DNA of 64,000 nucleotides from Eledone cirrhosa (GCA_964016885.1 OZ024740.1:420422001-420486000); one strand, 5' to 3'; shown: positions 27,543 through 40,768, numbered from the stretch's first letter. The notes: generated from the sequence alone by a model not told the origin. Program-made: numbers and translations.

Positions 27543-28975
27543 ATCATCATCATCATCATCATCACCGTTTTACGTCCGTGCTTCCACGCTAGCATGGGTT
27601 AGACGAGTTGTCCTGTTGTGGGCAGTGTCTGGTCGGCTGACCATGCCTTGCTCATACAGGAACTGATTTGGCTTGATTTCTACAGCTGGATGCCCTTCCT
27701 AACACCAACCTCATTTACAGTGAGTGCTGGGTGCTTTTTCGTGGCGCCTACACGTCCACTTTACAGTGTGGGCTGGGTGCTTTTTTGCCCTGGCACCTCC
27801 ACGACCACCTTGTGGTGGGGGGGTGTGGGGGCATATTGTCTATATGCTTCAGCTTGTACCCATGGGAGGTCGGGTACTCTGTATTACTGCGTGACGCCAG
27901 AAGTCACGGTCGTGTGTCATTGTCTTTGAGAGGTGCAATTGGGTAAGGTCGGCTTTTATCACCTCATCCCAGGTCATCTTGGGTCTCCCCACTCCGCGGT
28001 TTCCATCAACTTCTAGTGCTCTGCACCTTTTTATGCAGCTGTCATCCTTCATACGCATCACATGTCCATACCAGCGCAACCGCCTCTCCTGCACATACCA
28101 TTTGATTCCTCTTATGCTCAGTCTCTCTCTCAATTCATTTATGCTTTGTTGTTCATGTATATTACTGTTACACATCCATCGGAGCATACAGGCTTCGTTT
28201 CTCTCTAATCTACGTAAGTCTTCCACCTTCAGCGCCCAGGTCTCACTACCATGCAACATCGCTGTTCGGATACACGCATCATACAGTCTGCCTTTCATTC
28301 TGAGGGAGAAGCCTTTTGCAACTAGCAGTGGTAGTAGTTCCCTAAACTTCTTCCATCCCGTTCTTACCCTAGTTATTGTACTTTCTGAACACCCACCTCC
28401 GCTGCTAATTCGGTCACCTAGGTAGCAGAAGCTGTCTACTGTTTCTACAGGGCCCTCCCAGAGATTGGTGGTACTTGTTTCCTGTGGCTGTTTGCTGCTT
28501 GCTGTATCAGCACAGCTGCTGCATGTGAATCCTACATTCTTAATTAAGCTTCCTGAGATCCCGCTGCATCTCTTGTGTACCCATTGTTTGCATTTGGGGC
28601 AGAGAATGGAGTTCCTACCTACACCTTTCCTACATACTGAGCAAGGCCATTTCCCTGAGGGGATCTGGGTTCTGTTTTCTCGTCTACTTACAAGGACCTT
28701 AGTCTTTGTCATGTTGACTTTGAGACCCTTTCTTTTTAGTCCCTGCTTCCAAGTTTGGAATTTATTCTCTAGTTCTACCATAGATTCAGCTATGAGTGCG
28801 AGGTCATCAGCATACAGGAGTTCCCATGGGCATCCGGTCTTAAACTCCTCCGTTATTGCCTGCAGGACTATGATGAACAGGAGAGGGCTAAGAACAGAGC
28901 CCTGGTGGACCCCAACCTGTACGCTAAATTCCTCGCTATACTCATTGCTAATCCTAACTTTGCTGACTGCTCCCC
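27543..28975 (-). mobile_element. RTE LINE family B, 5'-truncated
   Basis: ORF 27849-28975 with GVHQGSVLSP, YADD, PHD-like insert, RLRWYGHV; clearly diverged from family A; (GAT)n tail. Confidence 0.93.
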
Positions 28976-29314
28976 TATATATATATATAATCAAATGTAC
29001 CACCTTGATATATATATATATATAATCAAATGTACTACCTAGATATATATATATATATAATCAAATGTACCATCTTGATATATATATATATAATCAAATG
29101 TACTACCTTCATATATATATATATAATCAAATGTACCACCTTGATATATATATATATAATCAAATGTACTACCTTGATATATATATATATATAATCAAAT
29201 GTACTACCTTGATATATATATATATAATCAAATGTACTACCTTGATATATATATATATAATCAAATGTACCACCTTGATATATATATATATAATCAAATG
29301 TACCACCTTGATAT

Positions 29315-29992
29315 ATCATCATCATCATCATCATCATCAACGTTTAACGTCCGTGTTCCACGCTTGCATGGGTTTGGACGGGGGTAGTCCCACTTGAGGC
29401 AAGAGTGATTGTCTTGCTCGCATAGGACTGTCTGGCAGGTTTTCTACAGTTGGATGCCCTTCCTAACACCAACCACATTTACAGTGTGGGTCTGGGAGGT
29501 TTTTACCGTGTTGCCTACACGGCCACATTACAGCGTGGACTGTGTGTTTTTTTGTCGTGACACCTACACGATCTCATTTGTTTCGGCCTGGATGGCGCGG
29601 CACCAACATAACTTTACATAGAACGGGGTGGTGTGGATGGGGTGGGGGTGGTGGCGGGACGGGGTGTATTTTGTTAGAGATGCCTACTGGCAAGGCGGGT
29701 CTTCTCTGTTACTGAGTACCGCCAAAGGTCACGGTCCAGTGACATTGTCTTGGAGAGGTGTAAGTGTGTGAGGTCGGAGTTTATCAGCTCATCCCATGTT
29801 TTTCTAGGTCTGCCTATTCCGTGGCTACCGTCTATCTTTATTGCCCTGCACTTTGTAATACAGCTATCGACTTTCATGCGCATCACGTGTCCATACCAAC
29901 GCAGCCTTCTCTCGAGTAAACAACATCTGATCCCTCTTATCTCTAATTTTTTCCTTAGTTCGTTTATGCTTTGCCGTTCACGTATATTACTG
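29315..29992 (-). mobile_element. RTE LINE family A, 5'-truncated
   Basis: Near-identical to 4162-4835; (GAT)n tail. Confidence 0.93.
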
Positions 29993-30403
29993 ATATATAT
30001 ATATATATATATTATCAAATGTACCACCTTGATATATATATATATAATCAAATGTACTACCTTGATATATATATATATAATCAAATGTACCACCTTGATA
30101 TATATATATAATCAAATGTACTACCTTGATATATATATAATCAAATGTACCACCTTGATATATATATATAATCAAATGTACCACCTTGATATATATATAT
30201 AATCAAATGTACCACCTTGATATATATATTATCAAATGTACCACCTTGAGATATCATCATCATTTTACGTCCGCTTTTGCCTGCTTACAAGGGTGGGACA
30301 TAATATATATATTATCAAATATGGTATATATATTATCAAATGTACCACTTTGAGATATATATATATATATATACCGTAAACTCTTGGTAGATTTATCTAC
30401 ATA

Positions 30404-32513
30404 TATCATCATCATCATCATCATCAACGTTTAACGTCCGTGTTCCACGCTTGCATGGGTTTGGACGGGGGTAGTCCCACTTGAGGCAAGAGTGATTGTC
30501 TTGCTCGCATAGGACTGTCTGGCAGGTTTTCTACAGTTGGATGCCCTTCCTAACACCAACCACATTTACAGTGTGGGTCTGGGAGGTTTTTACCGTGTTG
30601 CCTACACGGCCACATTACAGCGTGGACTGTGTGTTTTTTTGTCGTGACACCTACACGATCTCATTTGTTTCGGCCTCGATGGCGCGGCACCAACATAACT
30701 TTACATAGAACGGGGTGGTGTGGATCGGGTGGGGGTGGGGGTGGTGGGACGGGGTGTATTTTGTTAGAGATGCCTACTGGCTGGAGTAGGTTTTACTATA
30801 TATTTAGGTAAGGCGGGTCTTCTCTGTTACTGAGTACCGCCAAAGGTCTCGGTCCAGTGACATTGTCTTGGAGAGGTGTAAGTGTGTGATGTCGGAGTTT
30901 ATCAGCTCGTCCCAGGTTTTTCTAGGTCTGCCTATTCCGTGACTACCGTCTATCTTTATTGCCCTGCACTTTGTTATACAGCTATCGACTTTCATGCGCA
31001 TCACGTGTCCATACCAACGTAGCCTTCTCTCGAGTAAACAACATCTGATCCCTCTTATCTCTAATTTTTTCCTTAGTTCGTTTATGCTTTGCCGTTCACG
31101 TATATTACTGTTACACATCCAGCGGAGCATGCAAGCTTCGTTCCTCTCTAGTCTGCGTATATCCTCTGCACACAATGCCCAGGTCTCACTGCCATGCAGC
31201 ATTGCTGTTCGTATGCAGGCATCGTACAACCTGCCTTTCATTTTTAGTGAGAACCCTTTAGCAGCTAATAGTGGTATAAGCTCTCTGAACTTTTTCCAAC
31301 CAGTTCTGACTCTAGCTACAGTACTTTCAGAGCACCCTCCCCCACTGCTGATTTTATCGCCCAGGTAACGGAAGCTGTCCACTATTTCTATAGAACCCTC
31401 TGCGCAATTGAAAGAGCTAGTATTTTGTGGGCACTTGCTGCTACTTATTGCACCAGAGCACCGGCCACATGTAAAATCTATGTTCTTAGTTAGCTTACCT
31501 GTGATCCCACTACATCTTTTATGCACCCATACTTTGCATTTAGGACATAAAATGGAGTTTCTACCTACGCCTTTCCTACACACCGAGCACGACCATTTCC
31601 CAGAAGGGACCGCCGCCTTGTTTTCTTTCCTACAAACTAGTACTTTGGTCTTAGCCAGGTTAATTTTAAGTCCTTTTGACTCTAGGCCGTGCTTCCATGT
31701 TTGGAATTTCTTCTCTAGCTCGGCCATTGATTCCGCTATGAGTGTCAGGTCGTCTGCGTATAGGAGTTCCCATGGGCAGCCTGTCTTGAACTCCTCTGTT
31801 ATAGCCTGAAGGGCAATAATAAATAGTAGTGGACTGAGAACAGAGCCCTGATGGACGCCAACTTTTACGCTAAACTCTTCACTATATTCGTTGTTAATTC
31901 TAACCTTGCTGACTGTTTCTTTATACATGGCTTGTATAGCCCTCACAAGCCATTCGTCAACGCCTAGTTTTCTAAGAGCCCACCAGATAATGGAGCGGGG
32001 GACTCTGTCGAAGGCTTTCTCCAAGTCGACAAAAGCTAAGTAGAGGGGTTTACCTTTAGCTAGGTACTTCTCCTGTAGTTGTCGTACTATGAAAAGAGCG
32101 TCTGTGGTACTTTTGCCTGACACAAACCCGAACTGCATTTCATCTAGGTCAATTCTCTCTCTGATTAGTTGCGCTATTACTCTTTCCGTGACCTTCATGA
32201 CCTGGTCGATTAATTTAATGCCTCTATAGTTACTCCTATCTAGGGCGTCTCCTTTACCCTTATAACAGTTAACGATGATGCTGCTATGCCAGTCCTTCGG
32301 AACAACCCCATTCTGTACGACTTGGTTAACTATGCGGGTGACCATGGTGTGTCCCACCGTGCCAGATGCCTTCAGCATCTCAGCAACTATTTCCGAAGGC
32401 CCAGCCGCCTTACCAGTCTTCATATCCTTGATTGCCTTACTTATTATACTCCCCTCGACTAACACTGCTGGTCCCTCTATTGGGTCGATATGGGGGAGAC
32501 TGCCTTTCTCCCA
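30404..32513 (-). mobile_element. RTE LINE family A, 5'-truncated, uninterrupted RT ORF
   Basis: ORF 30804-32513 nearly identical to 4517-6148; (GAT)n tail. Confidence 0.95.
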
Positions 32514-32695
32514 TATATATATATATATATATATTATCAAATGTTCTACCTAGAGATATATAGTTATTATCAAATGTACCACCTTGGTATATATTTATTA
32601 TCAAATTTTCTACCTTCATATATATTTATTATCAAACACAAAACTAACTGGGAGAAGTTTCTAGATTATTTGTAGTGTTTAAGATGGTTGTACAG

Positions 32696-34879
32696 TGGGG
32701 GGAGGGGCGTCGAAACAACCATTTTTAAGGAACTTTAATTCCATAGTATATACAGAGTTTCAAATAGTATTTTAAATAAAATATACGAAAATTAGGGTTA
32801 TGTGACACCCCCCTCGTACCCCTCGCATACTCCCCCCCCCCTCCCCACACACTTAAATACCCTAATTTTCTATCATCATCATCATTTAACGTCTATCTTC
32901 CACGCTAGCATGGGTTTAGATATATTAATCATATAATCTCTAACACATATATACTCTAGATAGAGAAATAACTTCAGATAGAAAAAGAACTGCAGAAAGA
33001 GCACAAAGGTTTGAAAACAGGAAGGCAAGATGCGCTTAGAAATGGACATTGCTTCAACGTTATCAGTGCCCAAGTGATATTAATGAAGATAGTTGTGACA
33101 ATGATGACGATGACATCGACTTTGTTCCTGGCAATGAACTGACAGAAAACCAACAAAACAGATTTATTTATGAGAATCTGGCCATCACAGCAGACAGATA
33201 TTGGGTAAATTCCAGAGCTGCTGCTGCCATTATTAATGCAGCTTTCAGAGATATGGGAATTTTAAATGATACAAATACGCTAGATAAGAAAAAAGTTGAA
33301 AGAGAATTTAGATCACGTTTCCCCAGATAATAGAACAGCTCATTGCATTGTAGAAGAAATTGTTACTTTTTTAATTGATTCTGGCAGTCAAGAAAGTTTA
33401 AAGGCTGTATTATGTGATGGCACTTCAGTAAACACTGGTCATTTAGGAGGGGTAATTAAAATAATTGAATTATACTTAAATAAACCACTTCAGTGGCTGA
33501 TATGCCTGCTACATACAAATGAGCTTCTGTTTTGAGACGCATTTGAATTCATAGATGGAAAAACAACAGGACCACGAACAGCAAAAGGCTTAATAAGCAA
33601 TAAAATTAAAGATGTAACAAACTTAAAGATAATTAAATTTTCTCCATTAAAAACTAAAGTGAAGGAATTGCCATTAGAAGTTGTTGATACTTTAAGCTCA
33701 GATCAAAAATATCTGTATGAAATGCGCCTCAGTATTGAGACAGAGTTTGTTTCTGAGCAGTTAGCAGCAAGATCACCTGGTAAAAATCCATCATGGTTAA
33801 CACTTGCAAACAGAATTCTTCGCTTATATGTTTCGGAAAAAACTCCCCAAAAGAATATTATGGATCTTGTTAAAATCATGACGCAAGTTTATGCTCCAAG
33901 CTAGTTCTGGATTAAATCTCACCCAAAGTTACATGAAGAAACAAGTAATTTTTGGTATATGGCACATCTAATGCAAGATATGAACCAAGATCATAAAGAA
34001 ATTATGGAAAAATCGTTAAAAAGTAATTTGTATTTTTCCCACCCGGAGAATATTTTACTGACTATGCTGAATGATGGAAGAAGACAAATTAGGGAAGCAG
34101 CAATTCAGTGAATTATTAAAGCAAGAACTTTTCCTCGAATGCCCTATGAAGAATTAAGAAATTTCAAACTACCAAGCAAAATTAATTTTGAAGCACAAGA
34201 TTATGTTGATTTGATTAATTGGGAAAATGAAGTTATAACATCCCCTCCAGTTTTACAGAACTTTACAAATGTTGATCTTCCTAAAGCTTGTTCAGGACCA
34301 TTTATAACAATACCTCTTCCCTGTCATAGCCAAGGAGTCGAACATGCTTTCAATTTAGTGACAAAAGCTTCTGAAGTCAGAATAGGCTATGAAAATAGGC
34401 ACAAATTCATATTAAATGTACAGAAATCAAGACAAAGTTTACTTCACTTTGACTGGAAAAGACAATGATCATTTAATTAAATAGAAAATATTATTAATGC
34501 TTATTTTATGGGGTTCACTGTTCATGTATTTCGTTTGTGGTCCATGCCTAATTTTTTTTATTGCATACCATAATAGTCATTAAGACTTAATATAGGCTAT
34601 TTTTATTAAAAAATTAATACAAACTATATAAATAAATAGATTCCAATAACTGTTTTCCAATAGTTATATAGGTAATATTTAACCAATACAAAGTTAATAG
34701 CATTAAAACAAGTTTACAGTTCCTTAAATTTTCAGTATTCGAAATGCAGAATGGGGGTGGAGCTATGCGAGGGGTAGGGGTGATCGCATACGTTTTAAAA
34801 TTTGTTAATTTATTTCTCACACCAAAACGAACACCAAGCAATATGTGGAATCAGAATATAAAATTTTGACCACCCCCTA
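32696..34879 (+). mobile_element. hATm-type DNA transposon, decayed transposase
   Basis: 8-bp TSD ttgtacag (32688-32695, 34880-34887); termini tggggggagg / ccacccccta; peptides CDGTSVNTG, WLICLLHTNEL, LSSDQKYL, WLTLANRILRLY, HPENIL, PCHSQGVE broken by stops and frameshifts. Confidence 0.85.
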
Positions 34880-35850
34880 TTGTACAGTTATTGTTTAGGT
34901 TATGTTTGAAATAAATATTTTGTTTTTCAGGTTATACTTGGACATACACTAAATTCGGTTTAGATAGGGGAGATGTAGTTTGTAAAACTTGCTGTAATAT
35001 TCATCTATTGGACAATTTATTCAGACCAACTGTTGGATGCAATTGGTAGTCTTAGCCTATATCATTCACAAGAGTTGAAACACTTGTTTGAGTGGGATTT
35101 CTTCTCTGAAGTCCTTCTGAGAGTTTCTTACCATTTAAGATGTAGAGATTTTATTTGCCTAATACTTTTGAGAGCATAAGAATTCTGGACCAATTTTCCA
35201 GACGTTTCCAAACTTTATTGTGAAGATGGTGGTAGTGTCAATAAGTTTGTGCTTACTAATAATTTTATAGCTTTGTTGTAAGTGACAGTTACTTTAAGTT
35301 CCAGTAAACAGCTAGTACTAACAGCATATTTACTAAAAACTGAGTGTTAGAGTTGCTTTGTGTAATATGAAAACTTACATTTCATAATTTTACCTAAATA
35401 AAATGTATTTGTGTTATAGAAACTGGAATGTTGGCAAATTGTAATTGTCGTAGGTTTATTTCCTGTGGCTGTAAAATAAAAAAAATATATAATATCAAAA
35501 TGTAATCCTCACTTTTATAAGTTTGAATATTTTACAAACTGTAGTGCTAACTATGCTACAGTACCAAAATATTCCAGATTTGTCTGAGAGAGCTGTGAAA
35601 AGCCTTCTCAGATCACTTTGTCATCTTATTTCAATAACCATACAATATTAATCCTTTTGCCCCCAGTCTTTCTCAGCAGCTATGAAGACACGAAATCCTC
35701 CTTCCAAGGCAATCTTAAATTCTCAGAAAGTTCCTCCAGGTATGATATTCTACTCCTTTAGGAAACACTAATACAATTTACCAACTGCTTCCAGGTTTTT
35801 GATGAACAGAACCTGATGAAAACTAACACTTTCAAATCTACAATTCCAGT

Positions 35851-35940
35851 ATTGACTGACCTCTATTAGACTATGTTCTATTGACTGACCCCTATTAGAC
35901 TATATTCTATTGATTGACCCCTATTAGACTATATGATTGA
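35851..35940. repeat. Short tandem repeat, 3 x ~29 bp
   Basis: attgactgacccctattagactatattct repeated. Confidence 0.85.
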
Positions 35941-36795
35941 TCACCCAAACATGGAAATTAGTCAGTGTATTTCATGTTATGCAATGAGCAGACTTTATAA
36001 CAGAACATTTCCTTGTAACATTTAACCTAAAGTTGAGATTAACAAACCTACAGATCCATGAGTTAGTTAATGCTTTCTTCCTTGGGTTGGTCCACAAACT
36101 TAAAATTAACTTTGTTATGACCAGCAATACCAGAATAGAGAACTTGTAAATTCACAAACATTGGCAGTTTTATTTTATATTGCTGCTAAATCAACCATGA
36201 ATCACTAACAATATTATTTTCTCAGCCAACTAGTTTAGATCAATACCAGAAGTCTGTAATGTACTTAAAACCTACACCAATATAAGCTTGTGTGGAGATT
36301 TACAAACCAACTTAACCCATGCAATTGTTTATGCATTAAATCAACCAGGGTAGTCATCTCTAGTATTCTTTAAAAATTCAATCATATTTTGTACACCAGA
36401 GAAATCCTTAACTGAAATTGATAGCAGTAGATTAAATTCATACTTTAAACATGATAGATCTATTGATATTTCAATATTTTGTTAGTTTTTATGGAAGCAT
36501 AAAAACTGTTTAGGTGCTTAACTACTTGTTACAATACCATCAGTTCAAATTTGCCTACAGCCCTTGTAATCTCCTAAACAAGACATATTCTCTGCTAATT
36601 TCATATTGATGTTAACAAAACATATACAAATATCCCAGATTTACAACCCCCTCCCCCTCTCAGTCCAGCTCCCATAAGAATTGTGAAACTGGAAAAGAAA
36701 TTTTGTCATTTTATGTTGCTTATTTTATCAAATTTATTTATTTATTCATTTTATTATTTCTTCTTTTTTCAGAGGCCTATAAATTCCAAGGAAAT

Positions 36796-36949
36796 ATGGT
36801 TGCAGATTCATCAAAATCAGATTCTGTTTCCAGCCTTGTGAGGGCTGTACTTGTGAAAGCATGGCGAGAACGGTGGAATGAAATAAGATGGGGAGTTTGC
36901 TTGAAACGAGTTCTTGCTAGCTACCCTGATGAAAACTGTGATCTTGCTG
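36796..36949 (+). CDS. MED24: Mediator of RNA polymerase II transcription subunit 24, coding exon 1
   Basis: LVKAWRERWNEIRWG matches the MED24 N-terminal AWKERW motif; acceptor at 36771-36772; donor G|gttggt. Confidence 0.88.
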
Positions 36950-38496
36950 GTTGGTGATAAATTATTTTCTTTTAATGTCATCATCATCATTTTTTCCAGC
37001 CATTTTCTATTTTGGTATGGGTTATAAAGTGTTGTTATGTTCTGAGGTTAGACCAATCCCTGTCACATTGTCTTGCAATCCAGAACACTTCTGATCTTTA
37101 TGTTGCAGAACATTGGCAAACCTTCTTCCAACCTTCCCTTTTTCTACACAAACCTAATATCTAGCTTCTCTTCTAGCTACTTGGTATAATTCCTTGCTAC
37201 CCCTGACCTTCCAGATTTTATGGCCCTATCTACAATACTGTTCTACCATCATGTCACCTTTTTTGGCTTTTACCCTTCATTTCCTTCTGATAATCATTTG
37301 TCGGCAAAATCAGGGTGGAACCTGTTTTTTCTTGATTTAGTCAAATGGAAGCAGAATTAATTGGTATTTTGAGACACCACAGAAACAGCAAAATGTGAAC
37401 TTTTGATTATTTTGTCCTAGCATTTTTACTTCACTGCCATTGTATCTGACATGTGCATACATTTATGATGGCTTATATTTTTTATTTCATTCTTTAATGC
37501 TTTTATAACTGAATACTTTTGGTCTTTTTATATATGATGGCAGCTTTTATTAAATATCGTCTAACCCATGCTAGCTTGGGAAAATGGACATGAAACGGTG
37601 ATGATGATGATGATTAGTATATAAATACACTTTATAATTTTTTTAAAATAAAGTGGAAAAAAAAAAAACATGAGAGAAGACCCACATTCAGTCATTGAGG
37701 GGATGTTGACTCAAGCCAAGGTCTGTTCCCATAAACCCTGGACAATCCAGTTGGCCCCAGAATTGAAGGAATATTAACTCAAGCCAGGGTCTGTTCCCAT
37801 AAAGCCTGGACTATCCTTCAACTTTACAACACCGATTATACTATTGATCCACTTGTATCAGTAATGTATTACATCTGGGTTTTACATCCCATTTTTTAAT
37901 GGTTACTATAACTGGATGCCCTTCCTAATATTAAATCACTTTTATAGAGTGTACACAGTGTTTTTATCATGGTACCAGCACTAGCAAGTTAGTCATATCC
38001 TCAACTATGCCCTATTCTATTCCTTTGTTTCATTGTCAGTAGAGAGGACTCTTTAGTCTTGTTAAGGTCCTGACAACCTCTCTAGTGCTGGTGTCATGAT
38101 AAAATACACACTGTAAAGTGGTTGGTAATCAAACAGAGACTATATAGGGTATAGAGGACTGTTAAGGACATGGCAACCTCTCTGTTGCCGATGCTATGAT
38201 AAATGTGCCCAGTACATACTTTAAAAGGGTTGATAAGGGGCATCCAGTCATAGAAACCATTCCCAAATCTGGTCCCTACAAGCTTGGTATGGTTCCCAAC
38301 CTGTCTAGGTATGCAGTAACTCTGAATAAGAACTGACTCGGACCATAACAATTCGTCAAACTCATGCCAATATGGAACGTGGACATGAAATAATGATGAA
38401 ATGATATTTTATATTTTCTTTTAGTTGAAATGTATTAGACAACTCAAAGAAAAAAAAATATTTCAGAATAAAACTATTTTACATATTTTCAAAATG

Positions 38497-39064
38497 CATT
38501 GCTTATATTTTTCCTGTAGAAATATTACTTCAGCAAGCTTTAGTTGGATGGTACCAGTCCCAACACATTAGCTATGTCTTGTCTGTCATTTTATATTTTT
38601 CATCATCATCATCATCTAATGTCCATTTTTCCTCGCTAGCATGGGTTAGACGAGTTGTCCCGTTATGAGTCAAGTCAGATCAGATGACTGTGTCTTGCTC
38701 ATACAGAATGCTTTCTGGCTTGGTTTCTATGGTTGGATGCCCTTCCTAACACCAAACAGATTTACAGTGTGTGCTTTTTGTTGTGTCACCTACACAACCA
38801 CTTTACAGTGTGGGCTGGGCACTTCCAGAAACAACAGCAAGCTTTAGTTGGTACCAGCCCCAACATTAGCTATGTCTTACCTCTGTCATTGTTTATATTT
38901 TACCTCCAGAAATATTACTTCAGCAAGCTTTAGTTGGTACCAGCCCCAACATTAGCTATGTCTTACCTCTGTCATTGTTTATATTTTACCTCCAGAAATA
39001 TTACTTCAGCAAGCTTTAGTTGGTACCAGCCCCAACACACTGGTTATGTCTTATCTCCGCCATG
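38497..39064 (+). repeat. Four tandem copies (~86-bp period) of the MED24 exon-2 acceptor plus exon 5' part, with a LINE tail inserted at 38601-38825
   Basis: ag|aaatattacttcagcaagctttagttgg starts at 38520, 38829 (degenerate), 38910 and 38996. Confidence 0.9.
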
Positions 39065-39078
39065 CTATTAGTTCTCAA
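38996..39078 (+). CDS. MED24: MED24 coding exon 2
   Basis: EILLQQALVGTSPNTLVMSYLRHAISSQ (cf. LLEQAMIGPSPNPLILSYLKYAISSQ); tccag acceptor, gtaagt donor; phases 1/0. Confidence 0.92.
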
Positions 39079-39319
39079 GTAAGTAACATCTTAAAATATA
39101 ATTTCATTCATTTGTGATACCAACATTTTAGTTTTTTAAATCATAATGTGAAGCCCCTAGTTCCTCTGACCTTAATTTCACCAAATTATCACATATAAAA
39201 TAAATATTTTGTATTTTAATGGATTGATTCATAAAACTTTTCAATCATAGTAGAAGAGGTAAGGGTTGGGGACATGGAAATTCTGTTGGTAAAAATTAAC
39301 TTAAGACTAAAAAAGTTTG

Positions 39320-39555
39320 TCTCAAGCCTGGAGGTTCATCAGGCCGGTGTTTATCTCAGTTTCTGTGGCATAAAGTGACTAAAAGTACAAGACTTCCCCC
39401 TGGACAAGGCACCATTCCATCGCAGGTACTCATTTTCACCTGAGTATACTAGAGCAATGTGAAATGAAGTGTTTTGCTCAAGAACACAACACACAATCCA
39501 GTCCAGGAATCAAACTGATGGCATTATGATCGTAAGTCTAACACTCTTACCACTA
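39320..39555 (-). mobile_element. Degraded CORE-type SINE
   Basis: aagtgttttgctcaagaacacaacac is the reverse complement of the CORE motif. Confidence 0.6.
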
Positions 39556-40270
39556 GTATGATATCAAATGTATTTAAAGTTATTGCTTGATTCTATAGCA
39601 ATTTTCTAAAGTCAGTTTTTCCAACACATTTTTCTCTAAGTTCAATGTAAATGTTAAACCTTTTGTGACCACATTTCTAATGAAATACACCCTATTTCAA
39701 ACAACTAATGAAGAATTTTGAAAGATTTACGAGATTTAATCTTTATTTCATTAGTAAGATAGTAAGCAAAAACTTGCAACAGGGTGAGTGGACAACAGGA
39801 GGATCTTTAAAAGAAGAACTCCCATCAAGGAAGTGTTTCAGCTCTTGTTTCCTCCCAATACTCTAAGGTAGCCATGCCCACATAAGTCATGACTCATGGG
39901 TGTCACCATGCTATTTTTATCCTCCAGCAGGTGATCCTGTTTCCCATTTCCGTGGTTTATACCTCTAGGCCACAAAGACTATCTCTAGAACTAACTCTTC
40001 ACATCTATTTAAGCAGTAATCAATGTTTGTGACTTGATATATCCTTAGTTCCAGTTGTCATTCCTCTTTGACCATGGCCATATAAAATTATGTTGAAAGA
40101 TTTCAATTTAAATAGGAACCCTTTAAAATGGGTGGTTTTGTTTCACAGAATCAGTCAGTTTTGGGCAGGTTGGAATCAAAAGGGGTAATGTCTTTTTTTC
40201 TCTTTAAATATTTGAGAGCCTAGCTTAGTTTTTATCAATGTGTATATAAACCTGTTGTATTTGTTTTCAG

Positions 40271-40383
40271 CTTATCACTCACAATGTGGCCTATCGAAAC
40301 ATTACTAAATTTGAAGACTTTAACCGACCTTACTGTATTCTTGGTTTAGTGGAACTGGTCGAGAGTGTAACAGTAAAGTTTAG
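40271..40383 (+). CDS. MED24: MED24 coding exon 3
   Basis: LITHNVAYRNITKFEDFNRPYCILGLVEL (cf. ISKFDDFSRDLC); ttttcag / AG|gtatgt; phases 0/2. Confidence 0.92.
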
Positions 40384-40480
40384 GTATGTTTATTAAACCT
40401 GCTTACTTGCTTACTTCATTTTCAGTACAATTAATAATGTATTCCAATTTTTTTTTGTGTGGGGTGGGGTGTTGTTAGTA

Positions 40481-40482
<2 letters not shown>

Positions 40483-40569
<87 letters not shown>
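40483..40569. repeat. (CT)n(AT)n compound microsatellite
   Basis: Direct inspection. Confidence 0.95.
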
Positions 40570-40570
<1 letters not shown>

Positions 40571-40768
40571 CCATGCTCTAGCACTGCCATATATATGTGT
40601 GTGTGTGTGTACTGGGGTTGGTTTAATCAACTAAATTCCTTGAAGACAGTACCATAATGACTGAAAATGGGGGGAAAAAAAAAATATATATATATATACG
40701 GTTATGTAAGGAAGAAACATTGTAAGCCAATAAAAAATTTTTGATGTTGTAGACGCTCTTGTGTTCTT

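Larger units (their letters stand above)
26672..32640. repeat. Compound minisatellite [(AT)n-aatcaaatgtacYaccttg]n, broken into blocks by LINE insertions
   Basis: Blocks at 26672-27542, 28976-29314, 29993-30360, 32514-32640; unit about 30-40 bp with a variable AT spacer. Confidence 0.92.

Noticed and set aside
26672-30360. Repeat-spacer pattern resembling CRISPR
   Set aside because: Spacers are just variable-length (AT)n; it is a compound minisatellite
33049-34468. Domesticated transposase gene
   Set aside because: Multiple stops and frameshifts not bounded by splice sites; termini and TSD still present
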